Assembly (NCBI GenBank): GCA_963751455.1 | Contig: CAVVUN010000012.1 | Location: 256,001 to 320,000 of the forward strand | Length of the DNA stretch: 64,000 nucleotides | Reading direction: 5' to 3' | DNA from: Nitrospirota bacterium | GTDB taxonomy: Bacteria; Nitrospirota; UBA9217 | Part shown: positions 42,339 to 51,520 of the stretch, one piece after another | Numbering within the stretch: the first letter of the stretch is position 1 | Layout of the letters: every line of letters starts with the position of its first letter | Translations under genes and position numbers: made by a program | Notes under the pieces: model-generated | Database searches by the model: none | Told to the model about the DNA's origin: nothing | What the model saw: the letters and a program-made list of their open reading frames with translations, nothing else

Positions 42339-43649
42339 TCATGCTGCTTTTTCGGCTTTTTTTATTCTGGATACCAGCACCTTGTCCACACGCCTGCCGT
42401 CCATGTCCACCACTTCAAACTTTAACCCTTTCCAGACGAAATGCTGGCCTTCGGAAGGCACCGCGCCGATCCTGGCCATCACAAAACCTCCGAGTGTGTT
42501 CATCCCCGCTCTTTCTTCTTCTTTTATATCTCCTGTCTCCAGAAAATCCGTTAATTCGTCCAGCGGCAGACTCCCGACCATGAGCCAGGACCCGTCTTCC
42601 CGGGTGATAATGTCTTTTCCTCCCTCTGCCGCCTCTTCGACGTCTTCAAATACCGAGCGCAGGATGTCTTCGACCGTTACAAGCCCCAGAATTCCGCCAT
42701 ATTCATCCACGACGAAGGCAATACGCGTTCCTGATTTCTTAAACAGCTCAAGGACCTTGATGGCGAGAGTGGTTTCCGAAACGAACAGCGGCTTCCTGCT
42801 GATTTCCTTCACATTGATGGGCTTTGCCTCCATGGTCAGGGAGAGCAGGTCTTTGCCGCTGACAACACCCAGAATATTATCGAGCGTATCCGCTGCTACG
42901 GGGAAAAATGAATATCTGTGGCGCGCAATAGTGTGCTTTGTCACTTCCTCGCTTTCGTTGACGTCGAGCCATACAATGTCGGTTCTCGGCGTCATCAAGA
43001 CCGCCACCCGGCGGTCGGCCAGTCGAAAGACCCGTTCGATCATGTCCTGCTCGAATTCGTGAAACGTCCCGGCCTGAGTCCCCTGGTCGATCAGCAATTT
43101 TATTTCCTCTTCGGTTACGGACGGTTCCGCAGGCCGCTTCATGCGAAAAATGCGGAGCAGGAGATTTGTAGATCCGCTCAGCAGTATCACAAGCGGATTC
43201 ACGGCCCGTGAAAAACGCCTTATGGGCGGAGCGATCAAGCGGGCAATCCTTTCAGGATTGTTCAGGGCAACGCGTTTCGGCACCAGTTCGCCGATGATCA
43301 GGGACAAGTAGGTGATGGAAACGACCACGATTCCTACACTGATCGCCTGGCTGTACGGCGAAAGAATGGGGATAGCCGATACATACCGGTCCAGAATATG
43401 CGCGAGCGTGGCGCCTCCGAAAGCGCCCGCCGCAATGCCTATGAAGGTGATGCCGACCTGGATGGTGGACAGAAAGCTGTCGGGCGAATTGGCAAGCTCC
43501 AATGCGACACGCGCCCTGGCGTCTCCCTGCCTGGCCCATTGCTCCAGCCGGGCTTTGCGGGAGGATACGATTGCGAATTCGGACAGCGCGAACACGCCGT
43601 TTAAAAAAAGCATGAACACAATGATGGAAATTTCGAGTCCCAGAGACAT
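42339..43649 (-). CDS. CNNM-CBS-CorC (HlyC/CorC) membrane protein
   Basis: SEFAIVSSR, FLSTIQVGIT, GELVPK, MTPR, VVDEYG, VVDMDG.RVDKV. Confidence 0.92.
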   Translation of the reverse strand: MSLGLEISIIVFMLFLNGVFALSEFAIVSSRKARLEQWARQGDARARVALELANSPDSFLSTIQVGITFIGIAAGAFGGATLAHILDRYVSAIPILSPYSQAISVGIVVVSITYLSLIIGELVPKRVALNNPERIARLIAPPIRRFSRAVNPLVILLSGSTNLLLRIFRMKRPAEPSVTEEEIKLLIDQGTQAGTFHEFEQDMIERVFRLADRRVAVLMTPRTDIVWLDVNESEEVTKHTIARHRYSFFPVAADTLDNILGVVSGKDLLSLTMEAKPINVKEISRKPLFVSETTLAIKVLELFKKSGTRIAFVVDEYGGILGLVTVEDILRSVFEDVEEAAEGGKDIITREDGSWLMVGSLPLDELTDFLETGDIKEEERAGMNTLGGFVMARIGAVPSEGQHFVWKGLKFEVVDMDGRRVDKVLVSRIKKAEKAA

Positions 43650-43875
43650 CTGACCTGTTCCCTTCTGTCTACAAATTACTTCCAACAGGAAAGCCTTGTC
43701 AATAATTCTAAAGATATTGATGAGCGGGATATCCGTTTTCGCAACCCTCAATTACGAATTGATACTTTTTATTGCGGAGCGCTTTTCCTCATACCCGGGT
43801 TAAATTTCACTTCTTTGAAAAGAGTTATAATTTATATAGTGTTGCCAGAATATAACGGATAAACACTCTTTCGAG

Positions 43876-46593
43876 GTGAATATAATGCCGGTTGTTATTG
43901 CGGAAAAACCAGAAGTGATACGGGTGGTGCTGAAAGACGGCCACACATTCAAAATGAGGCCGATGACCCGGGACGACCGTGAGAAGATGCGGAATCTGTT
44001 TTATCGGTTGAGCCCTCAGACCCGCTATCTTCGGTTCGGCCATGTGAAGGAGCATATCAGCGAGCAAGAGCTTGACTATTTTACGAACATACATCTCCCG
44101 GAGACATGTGCGTACGTAGGTTTGAGCGGCGAGGGCGAAAACGAGCAAATCCGGGCTGTAGGCAGGTGGCACCTGGCGCCGGACAAAAGCACGGCAGAGA
44201 TAGCCTTTACGGTTGAGGACAACATTCAGGCCAGGGGCATTGGTACGGCTCTGCTCGAAAAGCTCGCGGAAACGGCGCTCAAGTACCGCATTAAAAAGCT
44301 CGTCGCCCACGTCCTGCCCGAAAACAAGCGCATGCTCGGCGTTTTTGAAGAAAGCGGGTTCAGCATGAGCAGAAGGATGCACGAAGGCTACGTTGAGCTG
44401 ACCTTCGACCTCGAGCGCCAGGAGGAGTTCTCGAAGCGGCAGGCGGTCCGCGAACACCTTGCAGGCTCGCTCGGCATGCGCAGGATGATGTACCCCCGGA
44501 CGGTCGCGGTCATCGGCGCGTCCCGTGACCCGGACAGCGTCGGCGGAAAGATATTCCGCAACCTGCTGTACTGTAATTTCCAGGGCGCGGCATTTCCCGT
44601 CAACCCGAACGCATCATCCGTGAACGGGGTCCTCAGTTACCCTGCAGTCTCCAATATTCCCGGCGACCTCGATCTCGCCGTGATCGTGCTGCCCGCGGCA
44701 AAGGTCCTTGATGCCGTGGATGAATGCGGCAGAAGGGGAATCTCGAGCATCATCGTCATTTCCGCGGGCTTCCGGGAAAGCGGTCCCGAGGGCAGGGAGC
44801 GGCAGCGCCTGCTCCGGGAGAAAGTGCTCTCCTACGGCATGCGGTGCATCGGACCGAACTGCCTTGGGATCATGAACACGGACCCGACGGTCAACCTGAA
44901 CGCGACCTTCGCGCGGACGTGGCCGCCCCGCGGCAATCTGAGCATCAGCTCTCACAGCGGGGCGCTCGGCCTGGCGCTGCTCGATTACGTTAAAAGCAAT
45001 AACCTGGGCATCGCCCATTTCGCAAGCATCGGGAACCGGATGGATGTATCCTCGAACGATGTGCTCGAGTTCTGGGAGGACGATGATAACACCGGAGTCA
45101 TCCTGCTGTATCTCGAAAGCTTCGGCAATCCGCGCCGGTTCAGCCGCATCGCCCGCCGCGTCTCGAGAAAAAAGCCTATAGTCGCGGTAAAGGCGGGCCG
45201 CAGCGAGGTCGGAGGCAGGGCGGCCAGTTCCCATACGGGAGCGCTTGCGGCTGCTGATGTTGCGGTCGACGCGCTCTTCAAGCAGGCTGGTGTTATCAGA
45301 GTGACTACGATCGAAGAGATGTTCAATGTTTCAAAACTGCTGGCGAACCAGCCCCTGCTCCAGGGCAGGAATATCGGAATTCTATCGAATGCGGGCGGGC
45401 CGGGCGTTCTCGCGGCGGATGCCGTCATCAACTCAGGACTGGCTGTTCCGGCGCTGTCAGCGGAGACCAGGGCGAAGCTTGCAGCGTTTCTGCCGAAAGA
45501 AGCTGCCCTGGCGAACCCGGTAGATATTATCGCTTCGGCAACCGGCGAGCAGTTCGAGAAGGCGCTCGGGATCATGCTCGAGGACAGTTCTTTGGATGCG
45601 GTCCTCGTCATTAATATACCGCTCAGGGAACCGGAAGAAATAGCGGCAGCCGTAAGAAAGAGCATGAACGCATACCAGGGGGAAAAACCGGTCATCGCGA
45701 GCTTCATGATGTCGGACACTGCGGGCATCGATTTGCGCTATGCCGAAAGTTCCGTCGTTCCCGTTTATATGTTCCCGGAGGATGGCGTCCAGGCCCTGGC
45801 GCTTGCGTGGCATTATGCTCTCTTCCGGCAGCGTGAAGAAGGCCGGATCCCCGAATTGCCGGATATCAACGAGGATAACGCCAGGCACTATCTGAGTTCT
45901 CACGGAGCGCTGCCGACCGAGGGAGGATGGCTCGCGCCCGAGGTTGCCCTCGGACTTCTCGAGATGTACGGGATTCCGGTTGCGAATACGAAGACGGCCG
46001 CCGAGCCTGATGCCGCTGCAGGGCTTGCCCGTGAGCTCGGGTTCCCGGTCGCGATGAAACTGCGCTCCACAACCTTGACGCATAAAACGGATGTCGGCGG
46101 GATCGAGCTCAACCTGCAGAACGCGGAGGAGGTGCGGACGGCGTTTATGAAGATGCGGGACCGCCTGGCTGCTGCCGGGCAGGAGAAGGCCATGGAAGGC
46201 GTGATCATCCAGCCGATGCTGAAGGGCGGCCAGGAGGTGATCATCGGGATGTCCCAGGACCCGCTTTTCGGGCCGCTGATCATGGTTGGAATCGGCGGCG
46301 TGCATGTCGAGCTGATCAAGGACATTGCCTTCTCTCTTCACCCGCTTACCGACAAAGATCCGGACTATATGCTGGCGCAGTTGAAAGGCCTTCCGCTGCT
46401 CACCGGCTGGCGAGGAAGCAAACCGAAGGACGTCAACGCGCTGAAAGAAGTGCTGCTGCGCTTCTCCGCGTTGATCGACGATTTTCCTGAAACCGTCGAA
46501 ATGGAAATCAACCCGGTTATGGTCTTCGATGAGGGGCGGGGATGCTCAGCAGTCGATACCCGCATTTTCATGAGGGGGGAAAAGAGGCGGTAG
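43876..46593 (+). CDS. GNAT plus NDP-forming acyl-CoA synthetase-like fusion (Pat/PatA-type protein acetyltransferase)
   Basis: N-terminal GNAT (QARGIGT); VIGAS, GPNCLG, YLESFGNP, SHTG, NAGGPG, HKTDVGG, EINP. Confidence 0.9.
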   Translation: MNIMPVVIAEKPEVIRVVLKDGHTFKMRPMTRDDREKMRNLFYRLSPQTRYLRFGHVKEHISEQELDYFTNIHLPETCAYVGLSGEGENEQIRAVGRWHLAPDKSTAEIAFTVEDNIQARGIGTALLEKLAETALKYRIKKLVAHVLPENKRMLGVFEESGFSMSRRMHEGYVELTFDLERQEEFSKRQAVREHLAGSLGMRRMMYPRTVAVIGASRDPDSVGGKIFRNLLYCNFQGAAFPVNPNASSVNGVLSYPAVSNIPGDLDLAVIVLPAAKVLDAVDECGRRGISSIIVISAGFRESGPEGRERQRLLREKVLSYGMRCIGPNCLGIMNTDPTVNLNATFARTWPPRGNLSISSHSGALGLALLDYVKSNNLGIAHFASIGNRMDVSSNDVLEFWEDDDNTGVILLYLESFGNPRRFSRIARRVSRKKPIVAVKAGRSEVGGRAASSHTGALAAADVAVDALFKQAGVIRVTTIEEMFNVSKLLANQPLLQGRNIGILSNAGGPGVLAADAVINSGLAVPALSAETRAKLAAFLPKEAALANPVDIIASATGEQFEKALGIMLEDSSLDAVLVINIPLREPEEIAAAVRKSMNAYQGEKPVIASFMMSDTAGIDLRYAESSVVPVYMFPEDGVQALALAWHYALFRQREEGRIPELPDINEDNARHYLSSHGALPTEGGWLAPEVALGLLEMYGIPVANTKTAAEPDAAAGLARELGFPVAMKLRSTTLTHKTDVGGIELNLQNAEEVRTAFMKMRDRLAAAGQEKAMEGVIIQPMLKGGQEVIIGMSQDPLFGPLIMVGIGGVHVELIKDIAFSLHPLTDKDPDYMLAQLKGLPLLTGWRGSKPKDVNALKEVLLRFSALIDDFPETVEMEINPVMVFDEGRGCSAVDTRIFMRGEKRR

Positions 46594-46595
46594 CT

Positions 46596-47117
46596 TTATT
46601 TCAGAATCCCATTCAATATGCCCTGCAGGTCTTCCGCCTCATAGGGCTTCTTGAGGAAGGCCTGGAACCCCTGCGTGCGATAATTCGAAAAAGCCGCATC
46701 ATCCGAGTAGCCGCTCGATACGACCGCTTTTACGCCGGGATCGATTTCCAGGAGCTTTCGGAGCGTCTCAATACCGCCCATCCCGCCCCGGATGGTGAGG
46801 TCCAGGATGACTGCATCGAACGGCGCGCCTGCATCACGTGCGGCCCGATAGGCCTCCAGCGCTTCTTTGCCCGCTTCTGCAAAAGCCACCTCATGCCCTA
46901 AGGCGGTCAGCAATTCTCCTGTAACCAACCGGACTATCTCCTCGTCATCCATTACCAGTATCCTGGCCTGCCCGGTCGCGGCCTGCTGTTCTGAACTGCC
47001 CGACGGACGAGCGGTCCTGCTTCGGCCCGCGCCGCCTCCTGCACCGGTCCGTTTGGCGCCTGTCGGTCCCTTGGCGTCAGTGCTTTTCTTTTGTTCGATC
47101 TTGCCCGTATCTTTCAT
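46596..47117 (-). CDS. single-domain response regulator
   Basis: LVMDDE, ILDLT..GGMGG, VSSGYS, KKPY. Confidence 0.85.
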   Translation of the reverse strand: MKDTGKIEQKKSTDAKGPTGAKRTGAGGGAGRSRTARPSGSSEQQAATGQARILVMDDEEIVRLVTGELLTALGHEVAFAEAGKEALEAYRAARDAGAPFDAVILDLTIRGGMGGIETLRKLLEIDPGVKAVVSSGYSDDAAFSNYRTQGFQAFLKKPYEAEDLQGILNGILK

Positions 47118-47303
47118 GTATCCTCACTGTTACCGCGAAGCCTGGAAATTCCAGGAGAAAGAAGATAATGCCAGTGCGACTATATCATAAAGAACGGATT
47201 CGGTAGAAGAAGAAAGACCTGGCCCTTTCGGACGCAACCATATGGCGGATCTCTCTCCGAAGAGAGGGATTAGAGGAAAAGGATAAATTCTATCGGTGAG
47301 ATT

Positions 47304-48405
47304 TTATGATTTGCTCATTTTACCGCCGAATATCTCCACAATTTTATTTACCAAAGCCGGCAGCGAGGGGTCGCGCGCGCCCATGATAAGAATACAGTCT
47401 TCAGGTTTTGCATCGAGTTTTAATCTGGTCAATAAGTCATCGCGGCTGGTGAGCGCTTGTGCATTGAATGCCGCGGGACCAAGGCCGTTTATGATATCTT
47501 CCGAGGAAATATTTTTTTGCGCCGTGCCTCCCGCATAATCCTAAAAACGGCATTTGAACACGGATGAACACGGTAACAGCGGATCAAAACAATGTGATAG
47601 AGCAAAAAGCCATCTCGCCTTTTGGGTGAATCCATTACTGTTCGTAACTTCCTATAAATCCGTGTTGATCAGATTTTATCCGTGTCCAACTGCTTTTTTC
47701 AGGATAATAGATCGGGAGGAGATAGAGTGAATCATTTGGCCGGAACGCGGTTCGAAAAGTTTCGATGTATTCGTCTTTCAAAAACCGTGTAGGGCCGAAG
47801 CCATGCGGCTGATATACGGCCAGGATGCGTCCGGAAAGGCCTCGGGCTGCCCGAACAACAGCCGCTATTTTTGCCGGATTATGGGCAAAGTCATCAACCA
47901 CATGCACGTTCGCTTTTGTTGCGGTGACGGAAAATCGCCGGGCCACACCCTCATAATTTTTTACCGCATGCGCAAGGGCAGACGGCTCACAAGCGAAATA
48001 CTCGCATACGCAGAGCGCAGCGCACAGGTTTTCAAGATTGTGCTCTCCGGGAAGCGGCAGATGATACTCAGTGCCGCTCCTGAATAATTTGACCAAAGTC
48101 GGGAGGAGTTGCTCCCGGTCCGGCCGCCACGAACCCGAACCGTTTCGGCCGAAGCGCACGGTTGCAGGAAGCGAAGCAAGGACCGGATCGTCGGCGTTGG
48201 AGGCCGTCCAGGAAGATTGCGAAGCCAGCGTTTTGAAGAGTTTCGCGATGTCCTCAATGCTTTTGTGGTCCTTGGAAACATTCAGGATGACGGCCGCTTG
48301 CGGACGATATTTGACCACGGTTCCATCGCTTTCGTCCGCCTCCACCACCAGGAGGTCGGACCCGCCGCTATAAGCGTTTCCGATAAGGCCCTCTTTTTCG
48401 AGCCG
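47304..48405 (-). pseudogene. murC: MurC-like (UDP-MurNAc-Ala ligase family) gene, 5'-truncated and MITE-interrupted
   Basis: GLIGNA..LVVEADESDG, DH, VARRF, DDFAHNP, YQPHG, LPIY|YAGGT..MGARDP; N-terminal half absent; frame is restored when 47540-47708 is removed. Confidence 0.85.
47540..47703. mobile_element. 164-bp MITE inside murC
   Basis: 26-bp imperfect TIRs (21/26); 5-bp TSD ATAAT at 47535-47539 and 47704-47708. Confidence 0.88.
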
Positions 48406-48428
48406 TCGATTGCGCTGATATTAATATT

Positions 48429-50564
48429 TCAACCGATTCCTGGAATCCGCAAGGCTCGGTAAACCCAGAGCGCTTCATGAACGAGTACGGCGCTTAACGT
48501 ATGTGAATCAGGTTTCACATCCTTTGGAACGGTGAAAGAGTACTCCATCAATTGATCCTTGCACGGACCGATTTGTTTAAAAACAATGCGATGACTTACT
48601 TTTTCAGTTAGGCGAATCGCAACAACCGGTGAGCTTTTTGTGGACCAGACAGTATCGTTACAATCATTCACTCGCAGACAAACAACTACTTTTGCCCCTG
48701 CTCGGAGTTCGGATGGCCCCTCAAGCGATAGACGATACGCATTTTCAACCCAAAATTCGATCGGTCCGCAGACCTCGCACTCTCGCTGGATAAGGAGATT
48801 GCCGAGAGACAAGAGATGAGTAGCGGTTTCCCTAACAGTATGACCTGGCAAACATTGTGCCTCTGCCAGACAGGAATGTGAATGTAAGCCGGCATCAGCG
48901 ATAGATCGCCATAAAGCACCCCGACCTTCCCCAATAAACAGCATTTCGCAAAACAGAGTAGCCGCCAGTTCGTCCCACTGCCGAAATCCGAACTGAAGCG
49001 GATTGAGAAGTCGGCCGAGCTCGGGGTGCCACAAAAGCGAACGTTGGCAGCTTCGCACTAAATTCAGTCCTGCTTGCGCTGTTTCACTTATTTCACGGCT
49101 GATCTCTGCCATTCCGGCAAGTAACTCCTGACCGCTATTCGAGCCACTCAATTCCTTAGCGTAATGACGACGAACTGCTCGCTCCACTATGTTTGCATAT
49201 CCCGTTCGATCCAAATAGTGTAGCAACATGCTTGCTAATTTCTCCAACTCGTGACCACAGTTTCTTAGTTTAATTTCTCCGGGCTCGGCACTCTCCGTTA
49301 TAATAACGGCGCCGGTCGAGCCTCCTTGAATTACCGTTTGATCTTTAAGGCCTATTGTAGCAGCTAGGGGAGTTCCGGCTAGTTCAGATGGAAGAGCGAA
49401 TAGCTTAACCTTGGTCGATTGTGAATGCCACTTAGCTTCTTTATTGCCTAAGAGTTGTATTGATGGAGCAGGTCCGCAAGCATCGCCGAAAAGGACGTAT
49501 GGTCTTCTGCCTGTTGCACTCTCCTGAAAATCGTTCAGAAGGCATGCTATCTGTCCAAGTCCGACATTGTCCATTGAAAGAGAGTGACCAAGGGTAAGAT
49601 AATATTCGCTCAGTTCTGAGTTGCACCTGGTGGCAAGAAACGCTGCGGGAAAACCTTCGGCTATTGCAATTACGCTGTTTAGATCCGATGGGTAGAGTTC
49701 TCCGCCGAGCGCAAATCCACCGCATGAATGCAGCAGCAGGTTTCGGGCACTTAAATCCCCGAAGCCAATCGAAGTACGCGTACCAGCCGGTGCGCGCTTG
49801 CATTTACGAGTACCCAAGCCACTACAACCGTTAATAGGCCGATTATCAAGTAATCTTTCCGAGCTTATGCCGGCCCCGCAGAGGACAAGATTGCCTAGCT
49901 TAGCATGCCCGAATGTGCCGTGCGCGAAGACACTTAAGACATTCCAACTAGATTCCCGAATCCAGCGTCGAGCCTCATCCTCCATCCAGAGTATTTCATT
50001 GCAGCCGCTGGAAGTCCATCGTGACATTTTTTCTCGATCGAAATCTATCTCAGCTGAGTCAGGCCAATGAGCGTATTTAGCCAAATAGATCTTGGCCAAT
50101 GAAAAACTTAGACCCTCACTGTCAATTGCAGTAATTATACTCCAGGGACGCCGAAAGTGGACTGCCAATTGTTCAACTTGTGCAAAAGGGAAGTCATCGC
50201 GTAAACCTACGAGAACTGCTGAATCCCACACCGCAGCTTCAACTGAAAGCCAATTTTGTACTTTGGCAACGGGACGCTCCAACAACTGGGCATAGAACCT
50301 GACGATGCCGCTTAGTGCATCGTTTATGAAAAAAATCGGATTTCTATCATTTGTTCTCTTTCTTGGAGCGTCTATTTCACCCTTTTCCACCTGTTCTGAA
50401 GCAATATACCATTTTAAAATAGACTCCCAACGTGCAGATCGACCATCTTTCGGTCGCAGCACCATGGGTCCTCTCGCCGTGCCCTTCTTGAGCTGCTCTT
50501 CGAACGCAGTATGTCTTTCAGTCCAAGTAACCTTGTTGCTCATAACTTTGTCTTTAGTCATCAC
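48429..50564 (-). CDS. putative clan CD (caspase/gingipain C25-like) cysteine peptidase-domain protein
   Basis: VLSVFAHG (His), LLLHSC (Cys), YVLFGD resembling gingipain Y.LLGDP; C-terminal CEVC. Confidence 0.6.
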   Translation of the reverse strand: MMTKDKVMSNKVTWTERHTAFEEQLKKGTARGPMVLRPKDGRSARWESILKWYIASEQVEKGEIDAPRKRTNDRNPIFFINDALSGIVRFYAQLLERPVAKVQNWLSVEAAVWDSAVLVGLRDDFPFAQVEQLAVHFRRPWSIITAIDSEGLSFSLAKIYLAKYAHWPDSAEIDFDREKMSRWTSSGCNEILWMEDEARRWIRESSWNVLSVFAHGTFGHAKLGNLVLCGAGISSERLLDNRPINGCSGLGTRKCKRAPAGTRTSIGFGDLSARNLLLHSCGGFALGGELYPSDLNSVIAIAEGFPAAFLATRCNSELSEYYLTLGHSLSMDNVGLGQIACLLNDFQESATGRRPYVLFGDACGPAPSIQLLGNKEAKWHSQSTKVKLFALPSELAGTPLAATIGLKDQTVIQGGSTGAVIITESAEPGEIKLRNCGHELEKLASMLLHYLDRTGYANIVERAVRRHYAKELSGSNSGQELLAGMAEISREISETAQAGLNLVRSCQRSLLWHPELGRLLNPLQFGFRQWDELAATLFCEMLFIGEGRGALWRSIADAGLHSHSCLAEAQCLPGHTVRETATHLLSLGNLLIQRECEVCGPIEFWVENAYRLSLEGPSELRAGAKVVVCLRVNDCNDTVWSTKSSPVVAIRLTEKVSHRIVFKQIGPCKDQLMEYSFTVPKDVKPDSHTLSAVLVHEALWVYRALRIPGIG

Positions 50565-51492
50565 CCATCTCTCTATTTTTTACCAGATCGTTCCTTAACT
50601 CCAAAAGGTTTTCAACTTGCTTTTGGTCTTCGCGAGATAAGATAGGGATACGGGTCAGTTTCTCCAACTCTTCCTCTCGATCAAGCAGCCCGAAGCGTAT
50701 CCGCTCGGCTATGTAATCGATCAATATCCGGGGGGCGTGACCGCCGTTCCGCAGCAAAATGTTATAGATACCATAACTGGCCATCAAACAATCAGAATCA
50801 TAGGGTCCGACACCAGGGTCCTCCCAGGGCAGTTCAGCGATTGCACGCTCTATATCCCTCTTTGTAAGAGAATATGCCGCGACTACTCGAATGAAAGTCG
50901 GATCTTTCTGATCTATACAACTCCAGTTCTTGGGAGTATCACCTCCCGTAAAGATGGCTTTGGCGCCATAGCGTTGAGCAACAGTTCTGAAAACTGGAAG
51001 CTTCCACGCAGTCTTGCACGTTTGGCCACAGACTGAACTGCCTTGAATAATCATCTCCCGGAAGGCCTTGTAGGGATAGGAATGGATAAGCAGCCAATCA
51101 ACTTTTAGAAAATCGATAATAGAATTAATATTGGCTCTTGTCTTCACGTTTTTCATGCCTTGGTCCACGGTGAACGCCAGAACTTTGAGCCCTCTCTCAA
51201 CAAGCAGCTTCAGCGCTACCGCACTATCCTTACCGCCTGAAAACGCCAAAATAGCATCGTACTCCGCAGTCTTTGCCTCTTTTAGTGCCTCCTCGAATTC
51301 GCTCATGAGCACTTGAGGATCGATAGGCCTCTCGACGAGAGCAGCACACTGCAAACAGAGAAAGCGTCCCTTCGTTTCAACGAACTTTAATTTATTGTCC
51401 ATTCCCTCCCGGTAGATACAGATTTCACACATTCGACCGCCAGGCAGTGTTGCAGAAATAGTTCCGTTCAGCATTTTTGATTTAGACTCCAT
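50554..51492 (-). CDS. PP-loop N-type ATP pyrophosphatase (N-acetyl sugar amidotransferase/QueC-like)
   Basis: AILAFSGGKDS; N-terminal CEIC/CLQC; CGQTCK; RIRFGLLDREE. Confidence 0.8.
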   Translation of the reverse strand: MESKSKMLNGTISATLPGGRMCEICIYREGMDNKLKFVETKGRFLCLQCAALVERPIDPQVLMSEFEEALKEAKTAEYDAILAFSGGKDSAVALKLLVERGLKVLAFTVDQGMKNVKTRANINSIIDFLKVDWLLIHSYPYKAFREMIIQGSSVCGQTCKTAWKLPVFRTVAQRYGAKAIFTGGDTPKNWSCIDQKDPTFIRVVAAYSLTKRDIERAIAELPWEDPGVGPYDSDCLMASYGIYNILLRNGGHAPRILIDYIAERIRFGLLDREEELEKLTRIPILSREDQKQVENLLELRNDLVKNREMGDD

Positions 51493-51520
51493 GACTTTTC
51501 AAGTTCAGAATTTGACTTCA

